A stretch of DNA of 64,000 bases, from contig JAAVHQ010000004.1 of assembly GCA_014799645.1 (NCBI GenBank), forward strand, positions 5,925 to 69,924. Reading direction: 5' to 3'. Origin of the DNA: Clostridiales bacterium (GTDB lineage Bacteria > Bacillota > Clostridia > Christensenellales > UBA3700). Made by a program: the position numbers and the translations under genes. The notes beneath the pieces are model-generated. The model had not been told where the DNA came from, did not search any database, and worked only from the letters and a program-made list of their open reading frames with translations. This document shows positions 1 to 8,006 of the stretch, in pieces; position 1 is the stretch's first letter, and every line of letters starts with the position of its first letter.

Positions 1-45
1 GTAGTAAAAAGCGAAAGCAAAGAAGTAAGCAACTTCAATGCAAGC

Positions 46-687
46 GTGAACCTCGGCGAACTTTTTGCCGAAGAAATGGACGGCTTGACGCCGATGTTCG
101 AGAGAATCAGAATACCCGCAGGCGGTGGCATCGCATTCGAGATTCCAAGCGAAGATCCCGAAAGTCCTGACCTCGTCAAAGAGTTCAAGGCGGTAGTGGT
201 GTATCACCATCCTATCTCTTGTTACTATGCGGAAGAGTACACGGGCGGCAACACTCCGCCAGACTGCGCGTCAATGGACGGTAAGGTTGGTATCGAAGCG
301 GAGAGCGGAGAAATCAAGCAGTGCGCGGAATGCGAGTACAACAAATTCGGTAGCGGTAAGAACGGTGCGAAAGCGTGCAAGCAAAAGCGCAGAATCTATT
401 TGTTGAGAGAGGGCGAAACCTTGCCGACCATACTCTCGCTGCCGACGGGAAGTCTCGGAGAGTTCAGTAAGTACGTAATGAGACTTTTGTCCAAGGGCAA
501 GAAGACGAATTCGGTCGTGACGAAGTTCTCGCTTAAGAAGGCTCAAAACAGCGGCGGTATTAACTACTCGCAGGCGGTGTTCGCAGTAGACAGAGATTTG
601 GACGAGAACGAACTTCAAAACATCTTGCCGATGAGCGAGCAGGTCAAAGTAATGGCAAACAAAGTAACGGCGCTTGAAGAAGAATAA
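46..687 (+). CDS. Phage replication-module protein with a Cys-rich motif, function unknown. Possibly 5'-truncated by the window edge.
   Basis: Track ORF with a GTG start. The same frame has no stop from nt 1. Motifs PDCASMDG, CAECEYNKFGSG and KACKQKRRIYL. Lies directly upstream of the primase-helicase. Confidence 0.5.
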   Translation: MNLGELFAEEMDGLTPMFERIRIPAGGGIAFEIPSEDPESPDLVKEFKAVVVYHHPISCYYAEEYTGGNTPPDCASMDGKVGIEAESGEIKQCAECEYNKFGSGKNGAKACKQKRRIYLLREGETLPTILSLPTGSLGEFSKYVMRLLSKGKKTNSVVTKFSLKKAQNSGGINYSQAVFAVDRDLDENELQNILPMSEQVKVMANKVTALEEE

Positions 688-725
688 GCAACCAAGGACG
701 GTGGCAACGCCGTCCTAAAACAGAG

Positions 726-2693
726 GTGGAAATGGACATTTTTGAAAAGGTCAAAGAGCAAACGAACATAGCCGATGTAGTAGAGAGTTTCGGCGTACAA
801 CTTAATAACAAGGATAAAGGTCTATGCCCTTTTCATAACGAGAAGACGCCGTCATTTTCCGTGGACCGCAAGAGCAATATTTTCAAGTGCTTTGGCTGTG
901 GAGAAACGGGCGACGCTATAGCGTTTGTGTCGAAGATAAAGAACATAGAGCCGTTGAACGCGGCGAAATGCATTGCGGATATGTATCGCCTAGACTTGGG
1001 AGACTGCCCAAATCGTGTGAGTATCAAAGACTATCTCAAGGCGTGTATACGCGACGTAGAGAAAACGGACTACTTTGCCAAACGCGGAATTGCTGCCGCC
1101 ACGGTCAAAAAATATTGTTTGGGGTATGATGTAAAGCGGAACGCAATCGTCTTGCCGTATTCGAGCGAATTGAGATACTACCAAACAAGAAGCATTGTCG
1201 ACAAGAAGTTCTTCAAGCCTACGACCGAAGAAGCGGGAGCGGAGCCGCTGTTCAACCGCAACGCATTATGGGGAGCAAGCAAAGAGCCAGTCTTCATTGT
1301 GGAGAGTCCTTTGTGCGCTTTATCCGTAATGCAATGCGGAAGTCCCGCCGTATCGTTGTGCGGAGTAGGTGGAACGAACAAACTTGTCAAAGAAGTCAAA
1401 GACAAGAAGCCAAACGCTCCGCTCGTGCTGTGCTTGGACAACGATGAGCCAGGCAAGAAAGCGTCAAAGAGTTTGGCGGACGAATTGTCGAAGCTCAAAG
1501 TACCTTACATAGTTTACAACATAGCGGGAGAAAAGAAAGATCCAAACGAATTGCTGATGGAAGATGCAAAGGCTCTTGCAAGCAACGTGCAGTTGGCGAA
1601 GAAGGAAGTCAAGAAGTTCTACAAGCGAGGCGTAGGGAGCATAGTCGCAAGCGATCTTCTCACGGCTGAGTTCGATCCACCAGAGTGGCTTATCCCAGAC
1701 GTGTTGCCTCAAGGACTCGCAATTTTGTGTGCCTCTTCCAAGGTCGGAAAGTCTTGGATGGCAATGCAAATGTGCCTTGCGGTAAGTCGTGGCAAAGAGT
1801 TCCTAGACTACGTGACGAATCAAGCGGGATGTTTGTACCTTGCATTGGAAGACGGAGTATACCGCTTGCAAGACAGATTGAAAAAACTTCTTTGCAAAGA
1901 GAAATCGCCAGACAACTTTTATTTATCTGTAAAGGCTGACGTATTGGACGGTGGACTTATTAAGCAACTTGACGAAGAGTTCGAAGAACATCCCGACATT
2001 AAGCTCATTATCATAGACACATTGCAAAAGGTACGCGGTTCGGTAAAGCGAAATGAGATAGCCTACGCAACGGATTACAGAGAACTCGGCGCTTTGAAAG
2101 AGTACGCTGACAAACGAAAAGTGTGTATCTTCTTGATCCATCACCTTCGCAAGATGGCTGACGAGAACGACGTGTTCAATATGATATCGGGAAGTAACGG
2201 TATCATGGGCGTGTGCGACACGATATACATTATCTACAAGAAAAAGCGTCAAGACGAGAATGCAACAATGTTCATGACAGGGCGTGACATTAAACAGCAA
2301 GACATTGTCGTGCATTTCAATGAATCGAAGTATCGTTGGGAGTTGGTCGGCAGCGCCGAAGACGAAGAACGCAAACGCAAGAAACGTGAGTACGAAAACA
2401 ATCCTCTTGTCATTACGATAAAAGAGATATTGAAGAATCCGCCGTATGCTTGGAAGGGAACTGCGTCCGACATGCTAAAAGCAATTTACGACGTTACAGG
2501 GCAACCGTGTCCTATGGACACGAGAGCGTTGGGCAAAGCCATTACGGACGTGAAAACTCAACTCTACTATGACGGCATAGAACACAATATGAAGCGCAAC
2601 GGACAGAGCAGGACGCATTATTTCAGCAAGAGACAGAAGTATATGCAATATGCTCAAAGGTCATTTTTAGACAATGAGAATGACGAAGAGTGA
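726..2693 (+). CDS. Bifunctional DNA primase / RecA-like helicase-type ATPase (zf-CHC2 + TOPRIM + AAA_25-like).
   Basis: CHC2 finger CPFHNEKTPSFSV...FKCFGCGETGD. TOPRIM-like acidic motifs (VESPL, LDNDEPG). Walker A SSKVGKSW and Walker B LIIIDTLQ in the C-terminal half. Confidence 0.9.
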   Translation: MEMDIFEKVKEQTNIADVVESFGVQLNNKDKGLCPFHNEKTPSFSVDRKSNIFKCFGCGETGDAIAFVSKIKNIEPLNAAKCIADMYRLDLGDCPNRVSIKDYLKACIRDVEKTDYFAKRGIAAATVKKYCLGYDVKRNAIVLPYSSELRYYQTRSIVDKKFFKPTTEEAGAEPLFNRNALWGASKEPVFIVESPLCALSVMQCGSPAVSLCGVGGTNKLVKEVKDKKPNAPLVLCLDNDEPGKKASKSLADELSKLKVPYIVYNIAGEKKDPNELLMEDAKALASNVQLAKKEVKKFYKRGVGSIVASDLLTAEFDPPEWLIPDVLPQGLAILCASSKVGKSWMAMQMCLAVSRGKEFLDYVTNQAGCLYLALEDGVYRLQDRLKKLLCKEKSPDNFYLSVKADVLDGGLIKQLDEEFEEHPDIKLIIIDTLQKVRGSVKRNEIAYATDYRELGALKEYADKRKVCIFLIHHLRKMADENDVFNMISGSNGIMGVCDTIYIIYKKKRQDENATMFMTGRDIKQQDIVVHFNESKYRWELVGSAEDEERKRKKREYENNPLVITIKEILKNPPYAWKGTASDMLKAIYDVTGQPCPMDTRALGKAITDVKTQLYYDGIEHNMKRNGQSRTHYFSKRQKYMQYAQRSFLDNENDEE

Positions 2694-2846
2694 CATGAGA
2701 ACAGGGAAAATATCCCCTTATAATAACTATATGTCACTATGTCACACACGTCACAAAACGTCAGAAAATACCAATTACAGAAGAGAGATATATGTCACTA
2801 TGTAAATTAGTGTAGTAGTGACATATGTGACATGTATGACGTGAGT
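2689..2846. repeat. Field of direct and inverted GTGACAT/ATGTCAC repeats. Candidate origin iterons or operators.
   Basis: TATGTCACTATGTCACACACGTCACAAAACGTCA and TATATGTCACTATGT on one side; GTGACATATGTGACATGTATGACGTGAG in inverted orientation on the other. Non-coding gap right after the primase-helicase. Confidence 0.6.
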
Positions 2847-2863
2847 ATTTATATAGGGCAAAT

Positions 2864-3151
2864 ATGAAAGAGAGAGATTTGGTACGAAAGATAAGCGAGT
2901 ACCTGAAAAAGGTTCAAGGCTTATTCTATTGGAAAGAACACGGCGGACAATACGGAACGGCAGGCATTCCTGATATTATAGTCTGCTATAAGGGAAGATT
3001 TATCGCATTCGAATGCAAAGTGGGAAATAACAAGCCGACCGTACTGCAAGAGATGACGATAAAACAAATATCCAAAGCGGGCGGATACGCCACGATAGTA
3101 AGAAGTCTTGAAGAGGTAAAAGAAGCAATAGAGGCAATAGGCAGGGAGTAA
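2864..3151 (+). CDS. VRR-NUC domain nuclease.
   Basis: 95 aa. PD-(D/E)xK core GIPDIIVCYKGRFIAFECK, then LQEMTIKQISKAGG as in VRR-NUC proteins of phage replication modules. Confidence 0.8.
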   Translation: MKERDLVRKISEYLKKVQGLFYWKEHGGQYGTAGIPDIIVCYKGRFIAFECKVGNNKPTVLQEMTIKQISKAGGYATIVRSLEEVKEAIEAIGRE

Positions 3152-3153
3152 GA

Positions 3154-3741
3154 ATGGCAACGGATAGAGTAATCAACAAAGTGCTGATAACGGAAGAAGC
3201 CGAATTCGACTATGAAATAATGTTTGGTCGGCAGATACCTAAAGCAGACATAAAGCAAGAATCCGAAACTTATATAGACAACAGAATAGGCAAAGGCAAC
3301 TTGCAAGGTTACTATATCCGCGCCAAGTATTATGACGAAACTGCCGACCAGATGCTGATGCTGTTTTTCTATAAGGGGAAAAAACTCTGCAGAATGCAGT
3401 TGTGGGAACTTGTCGGTATATGCCAAGCTGCCGCCTGGGATGAAGAATTGGAAGAAAGCGGAAGAATAAGAGCTTGGCTTACAAGCAAGTTGAATCCCCA
3501 AGAAAGTATAGATTGGGTATTGAATTTAAGAGAAGCCGAAAGGCGTGGAGTAATGGGCGGTATGCCAACATATAGACTTATAGGATTATCTAGGGAGGCG
3601 GAGAATGCAATATACAACGGAACAGATACTGAAATACTTGAAAGATTATCACATATACAAAGGAAAGGTGGAGATTGGAGTGGCTACCGAAAGTATCTGC
3701 CAAGACGTAGAAAGATTGGAAAAAGCAATAAGCGTCCTTGA
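3154..3741 (+). CDS. Hypothetical phage protein.
   Basis: Track ORF of 195 aa, tightly packed after VRR-NUC. No recognisable motifs. Its 3' end overlaps the next ORF by 137 nt. Confidence 0.45.
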   Translation: MATDRVINKVLITEEAEFDYEIMFGRQIPKADIKQESETYIDNRIGKGNLQGYYIRAKYYDETADQMLMLFFYKGKKLCRMQLWELVGICQAAAWDEELEESGRIRAWLTSKLNPQESIDWVLNLREAERRGVMGGMPTYRLIGLSREAENAIYNGTDTEILERLSHIQRKGGDWSGYRKYLPRRRKIGKSNKRP

Positions 3742-3889
3742 CGAAATGAGTTACGGGATAATCTCCGATAGATACCTTGACAAGTTACCTGCCGAAAAGA
3801 TTGCAAGAAAGTACGGATACCATAGAAACGGAATCCTATATAAGTCCAAATGCATAATAAAAAACCTTGCCCAGATAATGAGCGACTAA
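3605..3889 (+). CDS. Candidate late-gene transcriptional regulator (sigma-70 region-4-like HTH, in the RinA/ArpU-type position).
   Basis: Strong SD GGGAGG 6 nt upstream of the ATG. C-terminal HTH-like LPAEKIARKYGYHRNGILYKSKCIIKNL. Located immediately upstream of the HNH/TerS packaging genes. Confidence 0.5.
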   Translation: MQYTTEQILKYLKDYHIYKGKVEIGVATESICQDVERLEKAISVLDEMSYGIISDRYLDKLPAEKIARKYGYHRNGILYKSKCIIKNLAQIMSD

Positions 3890-3894
3890 AAGTT

Positions 3895-3958
3895 TGTGCA
3901 AATCTGTGCGTGTACTGTGCAAAATTGTATCGAAATTGTGCAAACCATACGCTATAAT
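3895..3958 (+). promoter_or_regulatory. Late-promoter-like region: three TGTGCAAA direct repeats at 21-bp phasing, followed by TATAAT.
   Basis: TGTGCAAA at 3895, 3916 and 3937, exactly 21 nt apart. TATAAT at 3953-3958 with no properly spaced -35. Lies between the regulator gene and the HNH gene. Confidence 0.5.
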
Positions 3959-3977
3959 AAAAGTGAGGGGAAGAGAA

Positions 3978-4337
3978 ATGCCAAGAAAACCAAAGAGACC
4001 ATGCAGTTATCCAGGCTGTCCTAAACTTGTAGATGGACAATATTGTGAAGAGCATAAGAAGTTAACCGATAGCCAATATAACAAATACGGTAGAGATGAT
4101 TTCACAAAGTATTTTTATAAGACACCCGAATGGAGATACGCAAGAAAGAAACAATTGGATACTCATCCATTTTGTGAGAAATGCCTAAAAGAAGGCAAGC
4201 GAACAAAAGCAACTATGGTAGACCATATAGTCCCCATAAAGCAAGGCGGAGATAAATTCGCACCTAGTAACTTACAAAGCCTGTGTTGGAGTTGCCACAG
4301 CAGGAAGTCTGTGCTAGAAGGTAGTAGATGGCATTAA
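3978..4337 (+). CDS. HNH endonuclease (packaging-associated).
   Basis: Start moved to the ATG at 3978, behind GTGAGGGGAAGAG. Motif CEKCLKEGKRTKATMVDHIVPIKQGGDKFAPSNLQSLCWSCHSRKS. Position next to a P27-type TerS. Confidence 0.85.
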   Translation: MPRKPKRPCSYPGCPKLVDGQYCEEHKKLTDSQYNKYGRDDFTKYFYKTPEWRYARKKQLDTHPFCEKCLKEGKRTKATMVDHIVPIKQGGDKFAPSNLQSLCWSCHSRKSVLEGSRWH

Positions 4338-4346
4338 GACCATTAC

Positions 4347-4487
4347 TTACCATTCGCAATCACAATCTCCACACCAATGGATACCAGATTCGGCATCAAA
4401 GTAGGTGTTATAGCATCCACATTGAGGACATTTGCCACCATAGGGTTTGTAATCCATACGGTATTTTTCTTTAAGAAGTGAAAACAT
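4347..4487 (-). CDS. Small zinc-ribbon protein of 46 aa (below the track's size cut-off).
   Basis: Minus strand AGGAGG-N6-ATG at 4487. Translation MFSLLKEKYRMDYKPYGGKCPQCGCYNTYFDAESGIHWCGDCDCEW, with stop at 4347-4349. Lies downstream of the 259-aa minus-strand gene. Confidence 0.55.
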   Translation of the reverse strand: MFSLLKEKYRMDYKPYGGKCPQCGCYNTYFDAESGIHWCGDCDCEW

Positions 4488-4563
4488 AAAAATACCTCCT
4501 TTTGTATAATTATAATACACTAAGGTAGGAAAGTCAATATGGCAATCAATTCGCAGAAGTGAT

Positions 4564-5343
4564 TCAATAAACGATTAGGTCATTTATGTTGACTCCTTCG
4601 AAAGAAAAAAACAACTCCATAGGCTTAAGAAAAAGGGAAGAGATTCTAATAGTTTCTATTTGGCCATAAGTGTAATTTCTAAAGGATGATATATCATACA
4701 ACTTTGTTGACAAAACGGAAGAAGGCGAAAGATTTAAAATAAAGCCAAAAGGCGGAGAGATAAATTCGGCTACAGTAAGATGCGTTATAGTATCTATTTT
4801 TGTATAGGTAATAGCGGTAGTATGTCTGGAACAACTATCAATAGGAACAAGGTACATATAGATATTAAAATCTTTTCCTTTCGGAGTAGATGTTGTTTTA
4901 TCCAATACAAAATCACCCAAGCCAAGCATCGAAACGGTTTCGGGCTCTAACACGCTACAAAAAATAGATGCAACTTGTTTATAAAAATTTAATGGTCTAA
5001 TAGTGCAATCGAATTCTATTATGGTATTTATCTTTTTAGAGTCTATTGCTTTTAATGCTGAAACCATCGATTTGGAGAAATCAGTATAGGAACGCACATA
5101 GTATGAGCCCATAGTATTATTGCAATTCTCACAAATGGTGGCGAGCTGATAACCACCTTGTGATTGAGAATATTTGCAAGAGGTCAATGGCTGTTTTCCT
5201 GAAAGATACGCTTGCAAGAGATCGTCATGGTCGTAACATTTAATATTGCCTTTATTACCTGTCGAACGTGGTGGTAAATGCTCAAATGTTAATTCTTTTG
5301 TTTGACCGCAAATATGGCAGATGCCTATTGGTTTTTTATTCAT
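4564..5343 (-). CDS. Moron protein with an N-terminal HNH-like Cys/His motif and a C-terminal domain of unknown function.
   Basis: 259 aa. CHICGQTKELTFEHLPP ... ATICENCNN resembles a CxxC...EH..P...CxxCN HNH finger. Opposite strand to all flanking phage genes. AT-rich, with its own promoter. Confidence 0.6.
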   Translation of the reverse strand: MNKKPIGICHICGQTKELTFEHLPPRSTGNKGNIKCYDHDDLLQAYLSGKQPLTSCKYSQSQGGYQLATICENCNNTMGSYYVRSYTDFSKSMVSALKAIDSKKINTIIEFDCTIRPLNFYKQVASIFCSVLEPETVSMLGLGDFVLDKTTSTPKGKDFNIYMYLVPIDSCSRHTTAITYTKIDTITHLTVAEFISPPFGFILNLSPSSVLSTKLYDISSFRNYTYGQIETIRISSLFLKPMELFFSFEGVNINDLIVY

Positions 5344-5360
5344 AGGTGTCCTCCAAAACT

Positions 5361-5390
5361 ATTATACCATAGTTAGGAGCGTACTGCAAA
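5361..5390 (-). promoter_or_regulatory. Sigma-70-type promoter for the minus-strand moron.
   Basis: Minus strand reads TTTGCA-18 nt-TGGTATAAT (extended -10), about 15 nt upstream of GGAGG-ATG of the 259-aa gene. Confidence 0.55.
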
Positions 5391-5507
5391 TGCCTAATGA
5401 AGAATAACAAGAGAGCGAACTTGCGTCCACGCTTGTACGGGTAGGGGGAGTCGAATCTCTGGGGATTTTACGCCCAAGAGCGGGGCCGCAGTCAAACGCG
5501 AATTTTC

Positions 5508-5636
5508 GCAAAATCAAAAATCAAACGTAAAAATCAAACAATCAAAATTCTTTAACAAAGTTAAAGGGGCGGGAAACCGCTCCTTTTTGATTTCAAAGCG
5601 AAATCAAAATAAATCAAATATTCAAAAAATCAAAAG
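5508..5636 (+). repeat. ATCAAA repeat field upstream of terS. Candidate terminase-binding part of the cos region.
   Basis: At least 7 exact ATCAAA copies plus 2 TTCAAA copies within about 130 nt, split by a hairpin. Preceded by a GC-rich stretch at 5420-5507. Confidence 0.5.
5563..5588 (+). terminator. Rho-independent terminator-like hairpin inside the cos-like region.
   Basis: AAAGGGGCGG-gaaa-CCGCTCCTTT followed by TT(T). Confidence 0.5.
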
Positions 5637-5644
5637 GAGGAATT

Positions 5645-6142
5645 ATGGCAAGCGGAGGAGCAAGAGCGGGAGCAGGTAGACCGAAGAAAGCCGCAACCCA
5701 GAAGATGCTTGAAGGCAACCCAGGCAGGCGTCCCGTCGAAGTCGTAAACTTCGGAGCGGAAGGCGTAGAACTGCCAAGTGAGCCGCCTACCTATTTATCG
5801 GATAAGGCAAAAGACATATACCGCACGGTGTACACATGGCTCAAAGGCATAGGGTGTACTTCGGGCATACTTCCATACAACTTGGAAGAGTATGCGTTTT
5901 GCAAGGCTAGGTGGCTTGAATGCGAAGAGATGAACACCAAACACGGACTGCTCGTAAAAGATCCAACAAACGGCAAAGCAATGCCGTCCCCATTTGTGGC
6001 AATGGCACAGCAATACTTAAAGCAGACCAATGACGTATGGGGAAAGATTTATCTCGTAGTACGCGAGAGCAAATTGTCGAAGTGGGATGAGAAAAATCCC
6101 AATGACGATATTATGGAAAAATTGTTGGGAGGTGGAACTTAA
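5645..6142 (+). CDS. terS: Terminase small subunit, P27 family.
   Basis: N-terminus GGARAGAGRPKKAATQKMLEGNPGRRP is typical of P27-family TerS. SD AAAGGAGG. Preceded by an HNH gene and the repeat field. Confidence 0.85.
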   Translation: MASGGARAGAGRPKKAATQKMLEGNPGRRPVEVVNFGAEGVELPSEPPTYLSDKAKDIYRTVYTWLKGIGCTSGILPYNLEEYAFCKARWLECEEMNTKHGLLVKDPTNGKAMPSPFVAMAQQYLKQTNDVWGKIYLVVRESKLSKWDEKNPNDDIMEKLLGGGT

Positions 6143-7998
6143 TGGAATACACAGAACGAAGTACATTGCGACTTATTGAATTGTTCGCAGGTATTGGCAG
6201 TCAAACGCAGGCTTTGACAAATATCGGTGTGCCGCACGAAGTGGTGGCGATATCCGAAATAGACAAGTATGCTATTAAGAGTTACGAGGCAATGCACGGA
6301 CCAGTCAATAACCTGGGAGATATAAGAGCAATCAAGGAATTGCCGAGCGCGGATATGTGGACATATTCTTTTCCTTGTCAGGATATCAGTGTAGCGGGCA
6401 AAGGCGCAGGTATAAAGGAAGGTACAAGGAGCGGACTGCTGATGGAAGTAGAGAGGCTCTTGAGAACCGCAGCCGAAACCGCTACACTGCCTAAATACTT
6501 ATTACTTGAAAACGTGAAGAACCTTGTGAGTAAGAAATTTAAAGCCGACTTTGACCGTTGGCTTTCTTTTTTGTCTTCGCTTGGGTACACGAACTATTGG
6601 CAAATACTCAACGCCAAAGATTACGGAATACCGCAGAACAGAGAGCGAGTATTTTGCGTGTCGATATTAGGCGAGCATAAGCCTTACGTATTCCCAGAAA
6701 AGCAGGAATTGAAACTGCGACTCAAAGATATGATAGACGCAGTAGTCGATGAAAAATACTACTTGAAAGAAAGTACGATTCGCAGTATTTTGCGGTCGAC
6801 ATTCAATTCGCGTCGTACTAGTATAAAGTCAAGCGAAGGAGTGGCTAGTACGTTGTTGGCGAGAGATTGGCGTGGACCTCAATGCGTTCAAGTTGGAGAA
6901 GTAGTCGGCGAAAAATGGGATAAGATGCACGATATAAGCAAACGTGTATACGAGCCAAGCGGAATATCTCCAACGATACATTGCGCAGGCGGTGGAAATA
7001 CCGAGCCTAAAATTGCGGAGAACTTTGTTCTTGGCGGTTTGCAAAAACACCAAACACCGAGAACCGACGGCATAAGCCCGGCGCTTACTGAGGCAATGGG
7101 AAAAGGTGGCGGTCAAACTCCAATTATTATCGACACCAAAGAAACGGGCGAAGAGCGGTTCTTCAAGCAAGCAGTAGAGGCTGTATTGGAAAACGAATGC
7201 GGAGTCGGAGATACGGTAGACGCATTTAACAAGAAAGTCAACCGCAGCGGAGTATGTCCGACGATTACAACTCGCCCAGAAGGATTCAAGACGGCAATAT
7301 TGCCAATAGTGGAAGATAAGACGGACAATCCGATCATTGTGGCAATGAGAGGTCGCAACCCAGACTATCCGTCGGATAGAACACCAGGCAAGCACTTGGA
7401 ACAAAGACTTGAACCTAACGAAAACGGATTATGCAACACGTTGACTTCGGTACAAAAAGACAACCTTGTATTGGAGAACAAGAGAGGCTCGAAAGAGTAT
7501 GTTGCTCGAAGATATAGGGAATTCATAGAAGTACACGGGTATATGCCAAAGAACTTCGTTGCCTATAACAAAACGGAAGTAAAGGACATTGCTCCGACGC
7601 TTACCGGGCAGTGTTCTTGTCCAAGCGGTAGTTCGGCAGTTTTGATGATGGAAGAGCCGATACAAATCAAAGTCGCAACAAAGCAAGGATACGAGGAAGC
7701 GGAGAAAGGAGATTATGTGAACATAACCTATCCAGGAAGTAACACCAAGCGCGGACGTGTTGGTAAGGGCATAGCTCATACGCTTACTTGTGGAGACGGC
7801 AACGCAGTAATTACGGAAAACATAAGAATCCGCAAGCTCACGCCGAAAGAGTGCTTGAGACTTATGGGATGGAAAGACGAGCAAATCAATAAAATCCAGG
7901 CGGCAAAGATTAGCGGTACACAACAGTACAGGCAAGCGGGAAACGGCATAGTAGTACAGGTCTTGGAGGCAATATTCAAGGCTTTATTTTTTTGTTAG
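6142..7998 (+). CDS. DNA (cytosine-5) methyltransferase with an unusually long, repetitive target-recognition region.
   Basis: Motif I ELFAGIGS, IV FPCQDIS, VI ENVKNL, VIII QNRERVF, IX/X LTPKECLRLMGW...QAGNGIVVQV. About 360 aa lie between motifs VIII and IX, with seven G-x-x-x-T-L/I-T-like blocks. Confidence 0.9.
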   Translation: MEYTERSTLRLIELFAGIGSQTQALTNIGVPHEVVAISEIDKYAIKSYEAMHGPVNNLGDIRAIKELPSADMWTYSFPCQDISVAGKGAGIKEGTRSGLLMEVERLLRTAAETATLPKYLLLENVKNLVSKKFKADFDRWLSFLSSLGYTNYWQILNAKDYGIPQNRERVFCVSILGEHKPYVFPEKQELKLRLKDMIDAVVDEKYYLKESTIRSILRSTFNSRRTSIKSSEGVASTLLARDWRGPQCVQVGEVVGEKWDKMHDISKRVYEPSGISPTIHCAGGGNTEPKIAENFVLGGLQKHQTPRTDGISPALTEAMGKGGGQTPIIIDTKETGEERFFKQAVEAVLENECGVGDTVDAFNKKVNRSGVCPTITTRPEGFKTAILPIVEDKTDNPIIVAMRGRNPDYPSDRTPGKHLEQRLEPNENGLCNTLTSVQKDNLVLENKRGSKEYVARRYREFIEVHGYMPKNFVAYNKTEVKDIAPTLTGQCSCPSGSSAVLMMEEPIQIKVATKQGYEEAEKGDYVNITYPGSNTKRGRVGKGIAHTLTCGDGNAVITENIRIRKLTPKECLRLMGWKDEQINKIQAAKISGTQQYRQAGNGIVVQVLEAIFKALFFC

Positions 7999-8006
7999 GA
8001 GGAAAG

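Noticed and set aside
5508-5636. Possible CRISPR array, considered for the repeat fields at 5508-5636, 13400-13525 and 2689-2846.
   Set aside because: The units are 6-19 nt long, irregularly spaced and partly inverted. There are no 25-40-nt repeat/spacer periodicity and no cas genes.
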